NCBI GenBank assembly: GCA_965263035.1
Contig: OZ253580.1
Location: 352,001 to 416,000, forward strand
Origin: Acidobacteriota bacterium
GTDB lineage: Bacteria > Acidobacteriota > UBA6911 > RPQK01 > JAJDTT01
Length of the DNA: 64,000 nt
Direction of reading: 5' to 3'
A program made the position numbers and the translations under genes. Below the pieces are notes generated by a model that was not told the DNA's origin, made no database searches, and saw only the letters and a program-made list of their open reading frames with translations. Positions within the stretch are counted from its first letter, which is position 1. Each line of letters opens with the position of its first letter. Positions 48,699 through 59,664 of the stretch are shown one piece after another.

Positions 48699-51600
48699 TT
48701 AGAAGATGTACTTCACGCCCAGCATGATCCGTCTGGGCCAGGTCACGTCCCTCTGAACCAACCCGAAGCTGCCGCTGGTGGGGTTGGTCACCACGGGGCC
48801 GAAGCTGGCGTGGTTGAAGGCATTCAGGAACTGGGCTTGAAAGCGAAGCCGGTGTCCCTCGGTGATGAACGTGTCCTTGATGACGCTGATGTCCCAGAAG
48901 TCGACGGGTGCGGAACGAAGATTGCTGAAGCGGAAGGGGAAGGTCCGCTTGTGGGTCCCCTCGGGCGCCCTGCTGGGATTCGTCTCGAACCCGGCGTTGG
49001 TGTTGAACCATTTCTCCACGGTCCCGCCGGACAAAGGCAGCTTCTTGGGGTCGAAGCCCGAAGTGGTGAAGACGTTTCCGAAATTCAGGGGAAATCCGCT
49101 CTGGAGCTGCCACACTCCGGAGACCTGCCAGCCGCCCAGCCAATGGCCGCGTCCGAAGGGCACCTTCCAGATTCCCGTGAGCTTGAAGTTGTGGGTCCGG
49201 TCCGCGGTCGCCACCACTTCGTAGGGGACCGGATCGCTGGCGTTGAGGAACTGTCGGGCCTCCATGAACTTGGACCAGCTGTAGCCCAGCATGTAGCTGA
49301 TGCCTCGGCTCAACCGCCGCTCCAGCCGGGTCTCCAGCGCGTGATACCAAGCGTAGTTCTGATTGGTCTGGCTCAGACTCACCCCCCGGAAGTGAGGATA
49401 CGGCTTGAGCAGATCGCTGCGGCTGATGTTGGCGGTGTTCAACCCCGTCCCCGGGAGCAGTCCGGCGAAGGGATTGGCAAAAGACGCGCCCAGGAACGCG
49501 ATGTTGGCTTCGTTGCGCTGGCTCGACGTGCTCAGGTACCGGCCCGGCAGTAGGTTCAGATTCCGTGAGCCGAAACCGCCCGTCGCCCGGGTTCCGACGT
49601 AACCCACCTCCAGCAGCGTGTCGGCCGGCAGCATACGCTGGATGGTCAGAGACCAGCGCTGGTTGTAGGGGATCTTGATCTGGTTCCGGTCGAAGAAGCT
49701 CACGCTCTGACCCAGGTTGGTGGCCAATCCCATGCTGTTACCGATGGGCTCCTTGATCCCGCTGGGAAATGGATCTTCGAAGCTGGCGACGTAAGTGACG
49801 CCGTTGTCGAAGCTGGGAACCAGGTCGGTCGATTGACTGAAGCCGGTCAGGATGGGACGGAACCGGTTTCCAAAGATACCCACCGGCTCATGAAACAGCC
49901 CGTAGCCGCCGCGCAGCACCGTGTCCTCGCCGAAGCGGTAGGCGAAGCCGAAGCGGGGAGCGAAGAGGTTCGAGGGAACGTCCCACAGCGCCCGTCCGAC
50001 TCCGCCGACCCCGGCATAGGTGATCCCTCCCTTGACCTGGAAGTCGCCAGGAGAGATCTCGGGGATGGGACTGGTGCCGTAGGCGGCTGCGGCTGCGGCT
50101 GCGATGGGGCTGTCGGCCCCGAAGTCGAAGCTGCTCACGCTCCGGTCGAAGCGCTCCGTCACCGGAGCGAAGTATTCCCAGCGAATCCCGATGTTGAAGG
50201 TCAATTCGGGAGTCGCCCGCCAATTGTCCTGGATGAAGATCCCGTAGTAGTTGGTGTGGGCGGCGAAGTTGGCGTTCCGGTTGATGAAACCGCTGGAGGG
50301 TTGCCCCAGCAGGAAAGCGGCGAAGCCCTGCCCCTGGGCACAGGGTGAGGTGTTCAGCGGCCCGTTGGTGAAATCGCAGCCGAAACGGAAGACCGGGTTG
50401 GCCCAGGTGAAGCTGGCCTGGTTGGTCAGGCTGCTTCGGAACTCCATACCCAACTTGACGTTGTGGTTGCCGCGGTTGAGATCGGTCGAGGTCTCGGCGG
50501 TATGGACCATGGTGCGGTAGAGGGCGTTTCGGGTCTCGTCGTGGATGCCGCTGAAGCCTTGGATCTGGATGTGGGGGAGCGCCGTCTCGGTCGGGTCCAC
50601 CTGACTCAGCATGTTCTCGGAGAAAGGAAGGGTGGCCAAGTCGAAGAAACCGGAGGGATGATTCGTCTTCTTCATGCTCTTGGCGTAGGCGGGATACCCT
50701 CCCCGGTTGAAGCTGTAGCGAAAATTGAGGATGGTCGTGGGACTCACGGTCCAGACGTCGTCCAGCCCGAAGTTCCACCGTTTGATGGCCTGCCAGAAAC
50801 CGGTGGCCAAGTTGCCGTAGTAGTCCCGCCATTCACCCGACCAGTTGCCCAGGAGGGCGTAGCTCCCGAAGAGCCGGTTGCTGGGACTGAAGGTGTGGTC
50901 CACCCGGGAAAAGTACTGGGTCCACCCGGTGGGAGACGGAGTCACGGGCTGGAAGTTCCGGGTTCCGTCGCCTCCTCCGGCCACGTTGGGCTCGGGCCAG
51001 AATTCCAGCAGCTTCTGGGAAATGGGGTGGATCTGGCTCGAGGGAATGATGTTGTTGGGAATGGGCATTCGCGAAAAGAACCCGTCCCCGGTCGCCTGGA
51101 TCGTATTGGGATCGTAGATCTGGTATTCGGGACCGGCGTCCAGCAATGCCGACAGGTCCCCCCGCAACATGGCGGGGGTGGGCACGGTCCGGGTCCCGTA
51201 GAACTCGGTGGTCTCCTGGAAAGTGCTCTCGAAGGTGAAGGCGAAGAAGGTCTTGTCCTTGAAGACGGGACCGTTGACTCCGCCGCCGTGCCGCCGATAG
51301 AAGGAGGGCACCTTGTCGGCACCGGCACGGTTGTCGAAGAAGCCGGCGGCATTCCAGTCGCTCTTGCGCCAGAATCCGTAGACCGATCCGTGCCATTTGT
51401 TGGTGCCCGTCTTCATGGTCACGTCCATGGTGGTCCCCGAGTGGTGTCCCTTGGTGGCGTCGTAGTCGTGGGAGATCTTCATCTCCTGGACGGCCTCGGT
51501 GGAGGGCTGCACCTGGGCCTGCTGGCTGCCGCCGACGGCGTTGCCCACGTTGTTGATGCCGTTGAGAGTGAAACCGATGGCGTTTCCCCGAGTCCCGTGG

Positions 51601-52154
51601 AAATAGAAGCCGGTGGCGATGGACCAACCCGGTTCGTCCCACTTCCAGCCGCCACCCGGCGGGCTGGAGGCTCCGGGCGCCAGGATCAGCAGGTGACTCG
51701 GATTCCCTTGAGCCAGCGGCAGCGTCTCGATCAGCTCGTTGTCGATGAGATTGCTCAGCGTAGCGTTGCTGCTCTGAAGCAGGGGCGCCCGGGCCTGGAC
51801 CGTCACCTCCTCGGTGACCTCGCCCACCTCCAGCGTGTAGTCCCGAATCAGACTCTCACCCGTCCGCAATTGGACCGGCTGCTTAATGGTCTTGAATCCG
51901 GGAAGTGATACGGTCAGCTCGTATTCTCCCGGGTCCATGTAGTTGATCCGGTACGAGCCGGTGTCGTTGCTGACGGTGGAAAGATCCACTCCGGTGGCGA
52001 CGTTGGCGGCGGTCACCGACACGCCGGGAATGACGCCGCCGGTGTCGTCCACCACGCGGCCGCCGATGGAGCCGCGGGTTCTCTGAGCCCAGACGGGACT
52101 CCACGCCAACACGGCGACCAGCAGAAAAAGGACCAAGCCCTTCCGCTCGCTCAT
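48699..52154 (-). CDS. TonB-dependent receptor with carboxypeptidase-regulatory-like N-domain
   Basis: IGGRVVD.TG.VIPG, KTGTN.WHG, FAPRFGFAY, NAFNH, C-terminal GVKYIF. Confidence 0.92.
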   Translation of the reverse strand: MSERKGLVLFLLVAVLAWSPVWAQRTRGSIGGRVVDDTGGVIPGVSVTAANVATGVDLSTVSNDTGSYRINYMDPGEYELTVSLPGFKTIKQPVQLRTGESLIRDYTLEVGEVTEEVTVQARAPLLQSSNATLSNLIDNELIETLPLAQGNPSHLLILAPGASSPPGGGWKWDEPGWSIATGFYFHGTRGNAIGFTLNGINNVGNAVGGSQQAQVQPSTEAVQEMKISHDYDATKGHHSGTTMDVTMKTGTNKWHGSVYGFWRKSDWNAAGFFDNRAGADKVPSFYRRHGGGVNGPVFKDKTFFAFTFESTFQETTEFYGTRTVPTPAMLRGDLSALLDAGPEYQIYDPNTIQATGDGFFSRMPIPNNIIPSSQIHPISQKLLEFWPEPNVAGGGDGTRNFQPVTPSPTGWTQYFSRVDHTFSPSNRLFGSYALLGNWSGEWRDYYGNLATGFWQAIKRWNFGLDDVWTVSPTTILNFRYSFNRGGYPAYAKSMKKTNHPSGFFDLATLPFSENMLSQVDPTETALPHIQIQGFSGIHDETRNALYRTMVHTAETSTDLNRGNHNVKLGMEFRSSLTNQASFTWANPVFRFGCDFTNGPLNTSPCAQGQGFAAFLLGQPSSGFINRNANFAAHTNYYGIFIQDNWRATPELTFNIGIRWEYFAPVTERFDRSVSSFDFGADSPIAAAAAAAYGTSPIPEISPGDFQVKGGITYAGVGGVGRALWDVPSNLFAPRFGFAYRFGEDTVLRGGYGLFHEPVGIFGNRFRPILTGFSQSTDLVPSFDNGVTYVASFEDPFPSGIKEPIGNSMGLATNLGQSVSFFDRNQIKIPYNQRWSLTIQRMLPADTLLEVGYVGTRATGGFGSRNLNLLPGRYLSTSSQRNEANIAFLGASFANPFAGLLPGTGLNTANISRSDLLKPYPHFRGVSLSQTNQNYAWYHALETRLERRLSRGISYMLGYSWSKFMEARQFLNASDPVPYEVVATADRTHNFKLTGIWKVPFGRGHWLGGWQVSGVWQLQSGFPLNFGNVFTTSGFDPKKLPLSGGTVEKWFNTNAGFETNPSRAPEGTHKRTFPFRFSNLRSAPVDFWDISVIKDTFITEGHRLRFQAQFLNAFNHASFGPVVTNPTSGSFGLVQRDVTWPRRIMLGVKYIF

Positions 52155-52311
52155 GATTTCCCCCTCTCTACAAGACCAATAGGAAAGAAGCCGGGATGCG
52201 ACTTGCCTCAAGCCTAATCACCATCAAGGTCCAGAGTCAAGAGATGGCACCGGACCGTATCCGATTCCAGGTCCGGACCGGCCATTGCCGCCGCGTTGTA
52301 GAGTAGGTGAG

Positions 52312-53394
52312 ATGCGGGCAGGCCTGAGTCTACGGGTTCTGGGGTCGCTCCTGATGGCTATTGCCGCCGTCAAACTGCTGGACTGGTCCTTGGTCCAGCT
52401 CAACGCCCGGAAGATCGTCCTTCCCCAGTTCGACGTCCGCTTGATTCCGACCCACGATCCCCGGGTGACGAAACGGCTGGCCAGCGTCCTCAGGTACGAG
52501 CGGCCGCCGCGAATCATCTTTACGGGAGACTCCCGGACCAAGTGCGGTTTCGACCCGGAGGTGATCGGCCGCACCCTGGGCGTTCGGCCCGAAACCTTCT
52601 TCAACTTCGGTACCGGCTCGCAGACGGTCCATTTCACGCGCCAGGTATTCCTGCCCGAGCTCCTCCTGGGCAACGGCATCCGGACCGAGACCCTGGTATT
52701 CGGGGTGAGTCCCGATTGGCTCCTGACGACGGACAAGTCGGAACGACTGATCCGCCACTACCGGGAGTCGCTGCACTACCGGATGGCGCATCCCGATTCC
52801 GGCTCGGACGATCCGTTCGGGACGGCCGTCTCCCATTTCCTGGCCCGCCATCTGGCCCTTTACCGCTACCGTTCCGACCTCATCCATCAGGAGGTGATCC
52901 CGGACCTGAAGTGCTGGTTTCTGGGAGACTGCCACGTCACTCCCTACGTCGACGCCTCCATGACTTTCCGGGAGGCGGAACGGGTGGCCGGCCTGCAGAC
53001 TCGATATGGGTGGCACAGCGATCTGTGGGCCTTGCTGACCAGCGGCGAGTACCGGAGCGAGGGGGACCGGCCCCGTTTCACGGAAGAGAATGCAGTCGAC
53101 AGGAATAATCTGTCAGGGCTGATCGATGAGGTCAGAGACGCCGGGATCAATCCGGTCTTCCTGATCATGCCCCTGCACCCTTCGTTCCTCCGGGTCCACG
53201 AGCCGGCCACCTCCCGAAACAAGCGCCTGCTGGAATCTCTGGCCGAAGAGAAAGGGGTCGACGTTCTGTACCCTCTCCAGGATTACTCCGACGCCAGTCT
53301 CTTCACGGATGGGCACCACCTCTCCCCTACCGGCGCGGCATGGTTCAGCGCCGACATCGCCCCTCGGCTCAGACCGTACCTGTCCGGCCGTTGA
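52312..53394 (+). CDS. SGNH/GDSL-like membrane-anchored protein
   Basis: FTGDSR, FNFG, DGHHL..GA. Confidence 0.65.
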   Translation: MRAGLSLRVLGSLLMAIAAVKLLDWSLVQLNARKIVLPQFDVRLIPTHDPRVTKRLASVLRYERPPRIIFTGDSRTKCGFDPEVIGRTLGVRPETFFNFGTGSQTVHFTRQVFLPELLLGNGIRTETLVFGVSPDWLLTTDKSERLIRHYRESLHYRMAHPDSGSDDPFGTAVSHFLARHLALYRYRSDLIHQEVIPDLKCWFLGDCHVTPYVDASMTFREAERVAGLQTRYGWHSDLWALLTSGEYRSEGDRPRFTEENAVDRNNLSGLIDEVRDAGINPVFLIMPLHPSFLRVHEPATSRNKRLLESLAEEKGVDVLYPLQDYSDASLFTDGHHLSPTGAAWFSADIAPRLRPYLSGR

Positions 53395-53606
53395 ATTTCC
53401 CCGCCGCAACACAAAATGATCCAACCTCGGGCGCCATGCCGAACTGAGTCCGCCGACTCTGCTATTTTAAGATCTCGTCGCGGTTATATTTACGGACCCT
53501 TGATGTGGGCGCCGGCGATGGAAGAGGGGAGAATCGTGATCAGCCGCCGCAAGTCGACGTGTGCCTCTCGGTCGATCGTGAGAACGGTCAAGAGAGGTTC
53601 GACGAT

Positions 53607-54575
53607 ATGAAGCTGGTCGTCACGGGGAGCAACGGCTTCATCGGCCAGAACACCTGCCGGAGGCTGATCGACCTGGGCCATCAGGTCATCGGCGTCGACG
53701 ACCTGTCCGAGGGTTCCTCCAGGCGCCCGGTGGATGGGGTCCGGTACCACGTCCGATGCGTCACCGATACGGAGTGGCTCCGCCGCCTGTTCCGGGAAAC
53801 CAAGCCTTCTGGGGTGATCCATTTGGCGGCCGTGCCGCGGGTCTCCTATTCGGTCCAGGAACCTCTGAGGAGCGCCACGCCCAATCTGACCGGGACCATC
53901 TCGGTGCTGAATGCGATGCTCAAGGCGGGTCTCGTGGGAGAGAGCCGGCTGGTCTTCGCCAGCAGCAGCTCCGTGTACGGCGGCGCCGACACCCTGCCCA
54001 CGCCCGAGACGCACCCCTGCAATCCACAGTCGCCGTATGCTCTGACCAAGCTGCAGGGGGAGCAGTGGTGCCGGATGTTCCACCACCTCTACGGTCTGGA
54101 CGTGGTGAGTCTGCGCTACTTCAACGTGTTCGGGCCCGGGGCCCGTTTCGGCGGGGCCTATTCCACGGTGTTGCCAGCGTGGCTCCATCATCTGTACGTG
54201 GATCCCTCATACCAGCCTTACCTGGAAGGGGACGGCACGCAGACGCGGGACTTCTGCTTCATCGACAACGTGGTCCAGGCCAACGTCGCCGCGGCGGAGC
54301 GGACCGGTGGCTTTTCGGCTGAAGTGCTGAACATCGGGCAGGGACAGGCCTACTCCCTGCTCGAACTCCACCAGGCCTTGGAGCGGATCAGCGGCAGGAA
54401 GCTCCCGCTCGAACGCCGGCCACCCCGCACCGCCGACGTGGCCCACACCCAGGCCGACATCTCTCAGGCGCGGGCCGAGCTGGGTTTCAATCCGACCAGC
54501 GACTTCCAGACCGAGCTCACTCGGACCGCGGACTGGTACCGGGAACGCCGGCCGGCGCCCGGCGGGAACGCCTGA
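53607..54575 (+). CDS. NAD-dependent epimerase/dehydratase
   Basis: TGSNGFIG, ASSSSVYG, YALTK, LRYFNVFGP, GDGTQTRDF. Confidence 0.92.
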   Translation: MKLVVTGSNGFIGQNTCRRLIDLGHQVIGVDDLSEGSSRRPVDGVRYHVRCVTDTEWLRRLFRETKPSGVIHLAAVPRVSYSVQEPLRSATPNLTGTISVLNAMLKAGLVGESRLVFASSSSVYGGADTLPTPETHPCNPQSPYALTKLQGEQWCRMFHHLYGLDVVSLRYFNVFGPGARFGGAYSTVLPAWLHHLYVDPSYQPYLEGDGTQTRDFCFIDNVVQANVAAAERTGGFSAEVLNIGQGQAYSLLELHQALERISGRKLPLERRPPRTADVAHTQADISQARAELGFNPTSDFQTELTRTADWYRERRPAPGGNA

Positions 54576-54631
54576 CAAGCCGCCATGGCGAGCGGACCCG
54601 GATCCCAGCGAAGACGATCAGACCTCAGCCG

Positions 54632-56012
54632 ATGATCGAGTGGTTCCGACATCTCGGCGCTTCCCTCTCCCGCTTCACCGAACGCTGGGTGCCCGATTCG
54701 TGGGTGATCTGCATGTTTTTGACGGGCGCGGCACTGCTGCTGGCGGTGGCCGGCGCCGGCGTGGGGGTGGAGGCGGCGGTCCTGGCCTGGGGGACGGGCA
54801 TGTGGGCCCTGCTGGAACTGGCGATGCAATTCGCCATCGCCATAGGTAGCCTCCCACGCCTGCGTGTCGTCGCGGCCGGTCTACCGGCTGCTGGATCGCA
54901 TCGCCCGGATTCCCGACTCCGAGCGACCGCTTCAGGCCGTGCTCCTTGCGGGCCTGTTCTCTCTGGTCACCGGATACCTCAACTGGGCCTTCTGCATCGT
55001 CGGCGGCGCCCTCTTTGTTCCCTTCCTCTGCCGTCACAATCCGAAGGCGGACGTCCGAATTCTCATCGTCGGCGCCTACCTGGGAATGGGGACGGTGTGG
55101 CACTGCGGACTTTCGGCTTCGGCGCCCCTCATCATGGCCACTCCGGGGAATCCACTTCTGGAGCCGGCTGCGGGCCAGCCGGTGGTTGATCGCCTGCTTC
55201 CGGTCACCGAGACGCTGTTCTCCCCTTTCAACCTGGTCTACACGATCGGGATCGCCGCCGTCGGGCTGGCGGCCCTCCTTCTGCTGCACCCCGGACGAGA
55301 TCGGATCACGCTCACTCGGGAGCAGGTGGAAGCCATTCTGCCTCGGCCTCCCGTACTTCCGGAGAGGATCTCGACACCGGCCGGAGCTTTGGAACGCTTC
55401 CGGGGCTGGGTTGCGCTGGCCGTGGTCCTGATCCTCTACCCCTTGGGCCATACCCTGGTGACTCGTGGCTTCGGGACGGCCTGGACCATCAACGGCTACA
55501 ACATGGTGTTTCTGGGAGCGGCCCTGCTGCTCCATGGGCGTCCCGATTCCTTCGTCCAGGCCTGCCGCAAAGGTGCGGGGGCGACGTGGGGAATCATCCT
55601 GCAGTTCCCCTTCTATGCCGGCATCTTCGGGGTGATGAACAACACCACGTTGGGTGCCTGGCTGGGAGGGTTGTTCGCCAAGCTGGCCAGCGCGGGCACC
55701 TATCCGATCGTGGTCTACGTCTACTCGGGTTTCATGAACCTCTTCGTTCCCTCGGGAGGCTCCAAGTGGATGATCGAGGCCCCTTTCCTGATCCCCGCCG
55801 GCGAGGAGCTGGGTGTTTCGGTGACTACCATCCTGCTTTGCTATGCCTATGGCGACTCCACCACGAACCTGATCCAGCCCTTCTGGGCCATCCCCATCCT
55901 GTCCCTGACGCGGATGCGATTCGGCGACGTAGTAGGCTACTCCTCCCTGGTGGGTCTGGCCTGCTTCTGCTTCAGCCTGATCGCCATGCTCCTGATCCCG
56001 ATCCGGCTCTAG
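54632..56012 (+). pseudogene. Short-chain fatty acid transporter (AtoE/TIGR00366-like), frameshifted at ~54844
   Basis: Extra A in ATAGGTA; motifs WHCGLSASAPL, QFPFYAGI, NLFVPSGG, NLIQPFWA. Confidence 0.8.
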
Positions 56013-56181
56013 GAGCGAGGGTTTTCAACCCCCGAATGGGAGCGGGGGGTTGTAACCCCCGATTCTTGAGATGGTGGGGGACAAGGCTATCCCCCCTCCC
56101 ATGGCGCGTTGACCGGGATGCCCGGCCGGGAATAGACTCGATTCGAGCAGATCATTTCATGGCCTTGCCAGGAAGCAGCCG

Positions 56182-57642
56182 GTGAATTTGAATCAAGCCC
56201 TCCATCCGGAGTGGACGCGGCGCCATTTCTTCTCTCGGACCACCTTGGGTGTGGGGACGGCGGCTCTGGCGTCGTTGTTACCTCCCGAGCTGGCGGCCGG
56301 TTCCGTGGACAGCGGAGCCGGGAAAAGGGGCCTGCCCGGCCTTCCTCACTTCGCTCCCCGCGCCAAGCGGGTCATCTTCCTCTACCAGTCGGGTGGACCC
56401 TCCCAACTGGACCTGTTCGACTACAAGCCCCGGCTCCAGGCGCTGAGAGGCACCGATCTCCCCGCCTCCATCCGCATGGGCCAGCGCATCACGGGAATGA
56501 CATCGCGGCAGGCTCAACTCCCGCTGGTCCCCTCCCTCTTCAAGTTCGAACAACACGGCCAGTCCGGGACCTGGGTCAGCGAGCTTATGCCTCACACCTC
56601 CCGGATCGTGGACGAACTGCTGGTGGTGAAGACGGTGCACACAGACGCCATCAACCACGATCCGGCCATGACCTTTATTCAGACCGGAAGCCAGCAGCCG
56701 GGGCGGCCCAGCATGGGCGCTTGGCTGAGCTACGGCCTGGGAAGCGAGAACGACAGCCTGCCCAGCTTCGTGGTCCTGGTCTCCAAGGGGGAGATTCGGG
56801 CCATGCAGCCCATCATGTCCCGGATGTGGGGAAGCGCTTTCCTCCCCTCCAACCATCAGGGCGTGAGATTCCTCGGCCGTGGCGATCCGGTGCTGTATCT
56901 CTCAAATCCGCCTGGCATCAACACGGCCACCCGGCGGCGGATGATGGACGGAATCGGAGAGTTGAACCGGATCCGGATGGATACTTTGGGCGATCCCGAG
57001 ATCTCCGCCCGCATCTCCCAGTACGAGATGGCTTTTCGGATGCAGGCCTCGGTCCCCGAGTTGACCGATCTCTCCCTGGAACCGGAGCGCACTTTCGATC
57101 TCTACGGTCCCGACGCCAGGAGACCGGGGACCTATGCCGCCAACTGCCTGCTGGCCCGGCGTCTCAGCGAGAAGGGGGTCCGCTTCGTGCAACTCTTCCA
57201 CCGGGGTTGGGACCAGCATCTGGACCTCCCCAGCGCCATCCGGGAGCAGTGCACTGCCACCGATCAGGCCACGGCCGCGCTGGTGACGGACCTGAAGCAA
57301 CGAGGTCTACTTGAGGAGACTCTGGTGATTTGGGGCGGCGAATTCGGAAGAACGGCCTACTGCCAGGGCCAGCTCACCGAGGACAACTACGGGCGCGACC
57401 ATCATCCCCGGTGCTTCACCATGTGGATGGCAGGCGGCGGCATGAAGGCAGGAACGGTCTACGGAGAGACCGACGACTTCGGCTACAACGTGGTCCGGGA
57501 CCCGGTTCACGTCCACGACTTCCAGGCCACGGTCCTGCACGCCCTGGGCATCGACCACACCCGGCTCACGTACAAATTCCAAGGCCGCCACCACCGGCTG
57601 ACCGACATCCACGGAAGAGTGGTGGAGGATTTCCTGGCCTGA
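56182..57642 (+). CDS. DUF1501 domain protein
   Basis: Tat RRHFF, GGPSQLDLFDYKP, GWDQH, GGEFGRT, GRDHHP. Confidence 0.9.
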   Translation: MNLNQALHPEWTRRHFFSRTTLGVGTAALASLLPPELAAGSVDSGAGKRGLPGLPHFAPRAKRVIFLYQSGGPSQLDLFDYKPRLQALRGTDLPASIRMGQRITGMTSRQAQLPLVPSLFKFEQHGQSGTWVSELMPHTSRIVDELLVVKTVHTDAINHDPAMTFIQTGSQQPGRPSMGAWLSYGLGSENDSLPSFVVLVSKGEIRAMQPIMSRMWGSAFLPSNHQGVRFLGRGDPVLYLSNPPGINTATRRRMMDGIGELNRIRMDTLGDPEISARISQYEMAFRMQASVPELTDLSLEPERTFDLYGPDARRPGTYAANCLLARRLSEKGVRFVQLFHRGWDQHLDLPSAIREQCTATDQATAALVTDLKQRGLLEETLVIWGGEFGRTAYCQGQLTEDNYGRDHHPRCFTMWMAGGGMKAGTVYGETDDFGYNVVRDPVHVHDFQATVLHALGIDHTRLTYKFQGRHHRLTDIHGRVVEDFLA

Positions 57643-57703
57643 GACAGGCGTCAACATCGGGTGAAGATCACGCGGTTGGCCACTCCCCGGATTTTTGATT
57701 TTC

Positions 57704-58825
57704 CTACGATCGCGGCCGGCCGGACGCCGTGTAATCCCCCGGACGCCAAGTGGCCACGCGCATCTCGTAGTGGAAGTCCTCCGAGACCTGAGTGTAGTAG
57801 GCGGTGACGGCCTGGCCGTCAGCCAGCTGCACGCTGCTGGGATACCCGCAGTCGGCCCGGGGACAATCGGCAATACGGATGGGCGGGCTCCAGGTCTTAC
57901 CCTTGTCCTCGCTGAGCCGGACGTCCACGCCGAAGTTGTTCCAACAGCGGTTCCCATAGCTGAGGAGAACGCGTCCGTCCGAGAGTGCGGCCAAGTTGCC
58001 CGTCACCTGCAGGGGCAGACTCAGTGGCATCTTCCGCTGCCAGGTGCGGGCGTCGTCGCTGGAAACGAACAGTTTCAAATGAACGTCGCGCCTCTCCTTG
58101 AACTCTCTCGAGGCGGCCAACCAGTGTCCTCCCCCCAGATGCAGGATATCGGTCTCGTTTCCGCCCGGATTCAAGGGAACCGGATCGCCCCAGGTCCAGC
58201 CGTCGTCGCGGCTGCGAAGCAGGTAGGCTTCCCGCAGGTCATCCCGCCGGAGGTAGACCGCCGCGCACAGAGATCCGTCTTCTGCGATGCGAATATTGCC
58301 GAACGCGATGAACTCATTGTCTTTGCCGGCTGGAGACTCGGGAGGCGCGGGGAAGTCCCGGCTCACCTCCCAGGTCCGGCCGCCGTCGGACGAGCGGCAG
58401 ACCCAGGCCCGGATCACCCGCCGGTGAGGCCCGCTCAGGACACCCTTGGGAGCCCGGCCCCCCCAACCGCTGCACAGGACCACCAGATCACCGTTGGCGG
58501 CGAAACCGGCTGCGCAGTTCATCCGGGCCGTGGTGGGCTCATGTTCGGCCGGCCGGCTGCGAAAGCGCCAGGTCCGGCCGTCATCCTCGCTGGCCCAGCA
58601 GTCCAGGTCCCCCTCCCAGAGCCCGTGACAGGGTTGGTTGTAAAGGAATGCGACCAGGGTTCCGTCCTCCAGGCGCTTGAGATTGGGCCAGGCGCAGACC
58701 TTCTGGATGGCCGTCCGAATTCGGCTGCCCGAAGGACCTCCGGCGGTGTGGGCCGACGTTGGAGAGACCAGCGACGGCAGGATCAGCGAAGCCGCGCCGG
58801 CTTGAAGCGCTTCCCTTCGATTCAT
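57704..58825 (-). CDS. Sialidase-family / Asp-box protein (Tat-exported)
   Basis: MNRREAL; five SxDxGxTW-like boxes; DCGYPS. Confidence 0.8.
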   Translation of the reverse strand: MNRREALQAGAASLILPSLVSPTSAHTAGGPSGSRIRTAIQKVCAWPNLKRLEDGTLVAFLYNQPCHGLWEGDLDCWASEDDGRTWRFRSRPAEHEPTTARMNCAAGFAANGDLVVLCSGWGGRAPKGVLSGPHRRVIRAWVCRSSDGGRTWEVSRDFPAPPESPAGKDNEFIAFGNIRIAEDGSLCAAVYLRRDDLREAYLLRSRDDGWTWGDPVPLNPGGNETDILHLGGGHWLAASREFKERRDVHLKLFVSSDDARTWQRKMPLSLPLQVTGNLAALSDGRVLLSYGNRCWNNFGVDVRLSEDKGKTWSPPIRIADCPRADCGYPSSVQLADGQAVTAYYTQVSEDFHYEMRVATWRPGDYTASGRPRS

Positions 58826-58999
58826 GGAGTCCACTCCCGATTGGATTCGGTGCCGCTGCGGGAGGCGCCAGTATAGCAGCCGGCTGCGAAAGTCCGATTC
58901 GGCGTTGCTTCCATAGGATGGTTCACTTGCCGCTTGGCATATGCCCGTGATATACAATGGTCGCATTGAGACGGTGCAGGTCAGAGTCGGAGTGCAAGT

Positions 59000-59233
59000 A
59001 TGGAAACTACTGCCAAGCTGTTCGTAAATGGTCGCAGTCAAGCCGTTCGGATCCCCAAAGCGTTTCGTTTCGAGGGCGTCGATGAAGTGATCATCCGTAA
59101 GGACGGAGAAGCCCTGATCTTGTTGCCTGCTCGCAAGAGTTGGAAATCCTACGCCGAGGAAGCTCCGACCGTGGGCGACGATTTTATGGAGTCCAGACCA
59201 GAGCTGATGGATAGGCATCGAGTCACGTTTTGA
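59000..59233 (+). CDS. vapB: VapB antitoxin (AbrB-type)
   Basis: TAKLFVNGRSQAVRIPKAFRF. Confidence 0.92.
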   Translation: METTAKLFVNGRSQAVRIPKAFRFEGVDEVIIRKDGEALILLPARKSWKSYAEEAPTVGDDFMESRPELMDRHRVTF

Positions 59234-59643
59234 TGCGGTATATGCTGGATACTGACATCTGCAGCTACGTGATTCGCGAGAAAGATCCGCAACTGCTGGC
59301 GACCTTTCAAGCAAGAGCGCATTCGGGTGCGGAAATATCGATTTCCGCCATCACCTATGCTGAGTTGCGACTTAGCGCCGAGAGGTCTCAACGCGTCAAG
59401 AGTTACAAACGAGCCATCCGGCTGTTTTGCGATCGACTGAACCGCATCATGGCGTGGGACGCAAAGGCAGCGGAGGAGTTCGGAACGCTGCAGGCAGAGT
59501 TGTTCAGAATCGGAACGCCCATCGGCGGCAATGACGCCATGATCGCCGCGCACGCTCTCAGTATCGACTGTGTTTTGGTGACCAACAACCGGAAACACTT
59601 CTCCAGAGTTCCCGGACTCAAGATCGAAAACTGGATCACTTGA
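59233..59643 (+). CDS. vapC: VapC PIN-domain toxin
   Basis: YMLDTDICSY, AEL, GTPIGGNDAMIAAHA, LVTNN..F.RVPGL..ENW. Confidence 0.92.
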   Translation: MRYMLDTDICSYVIREKDPQLLATFQARAHSGAEISISAITYAELRLSAERSQRVKSYKRAIRLFCDRLNRIMAWDAKAAEEFGTLQAELFRIGTPIGGNDAMIAAHALSIDCVLVTNNRKHFSRVPGLKIENWIT

Positions 59644-59664
59644 TTCACATCAGAAAGAGACCCC

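Noticed and set aside
59000-59643. vapBC as a novel system
   Set aside because: Canonical type II toxin-antitoxin pair
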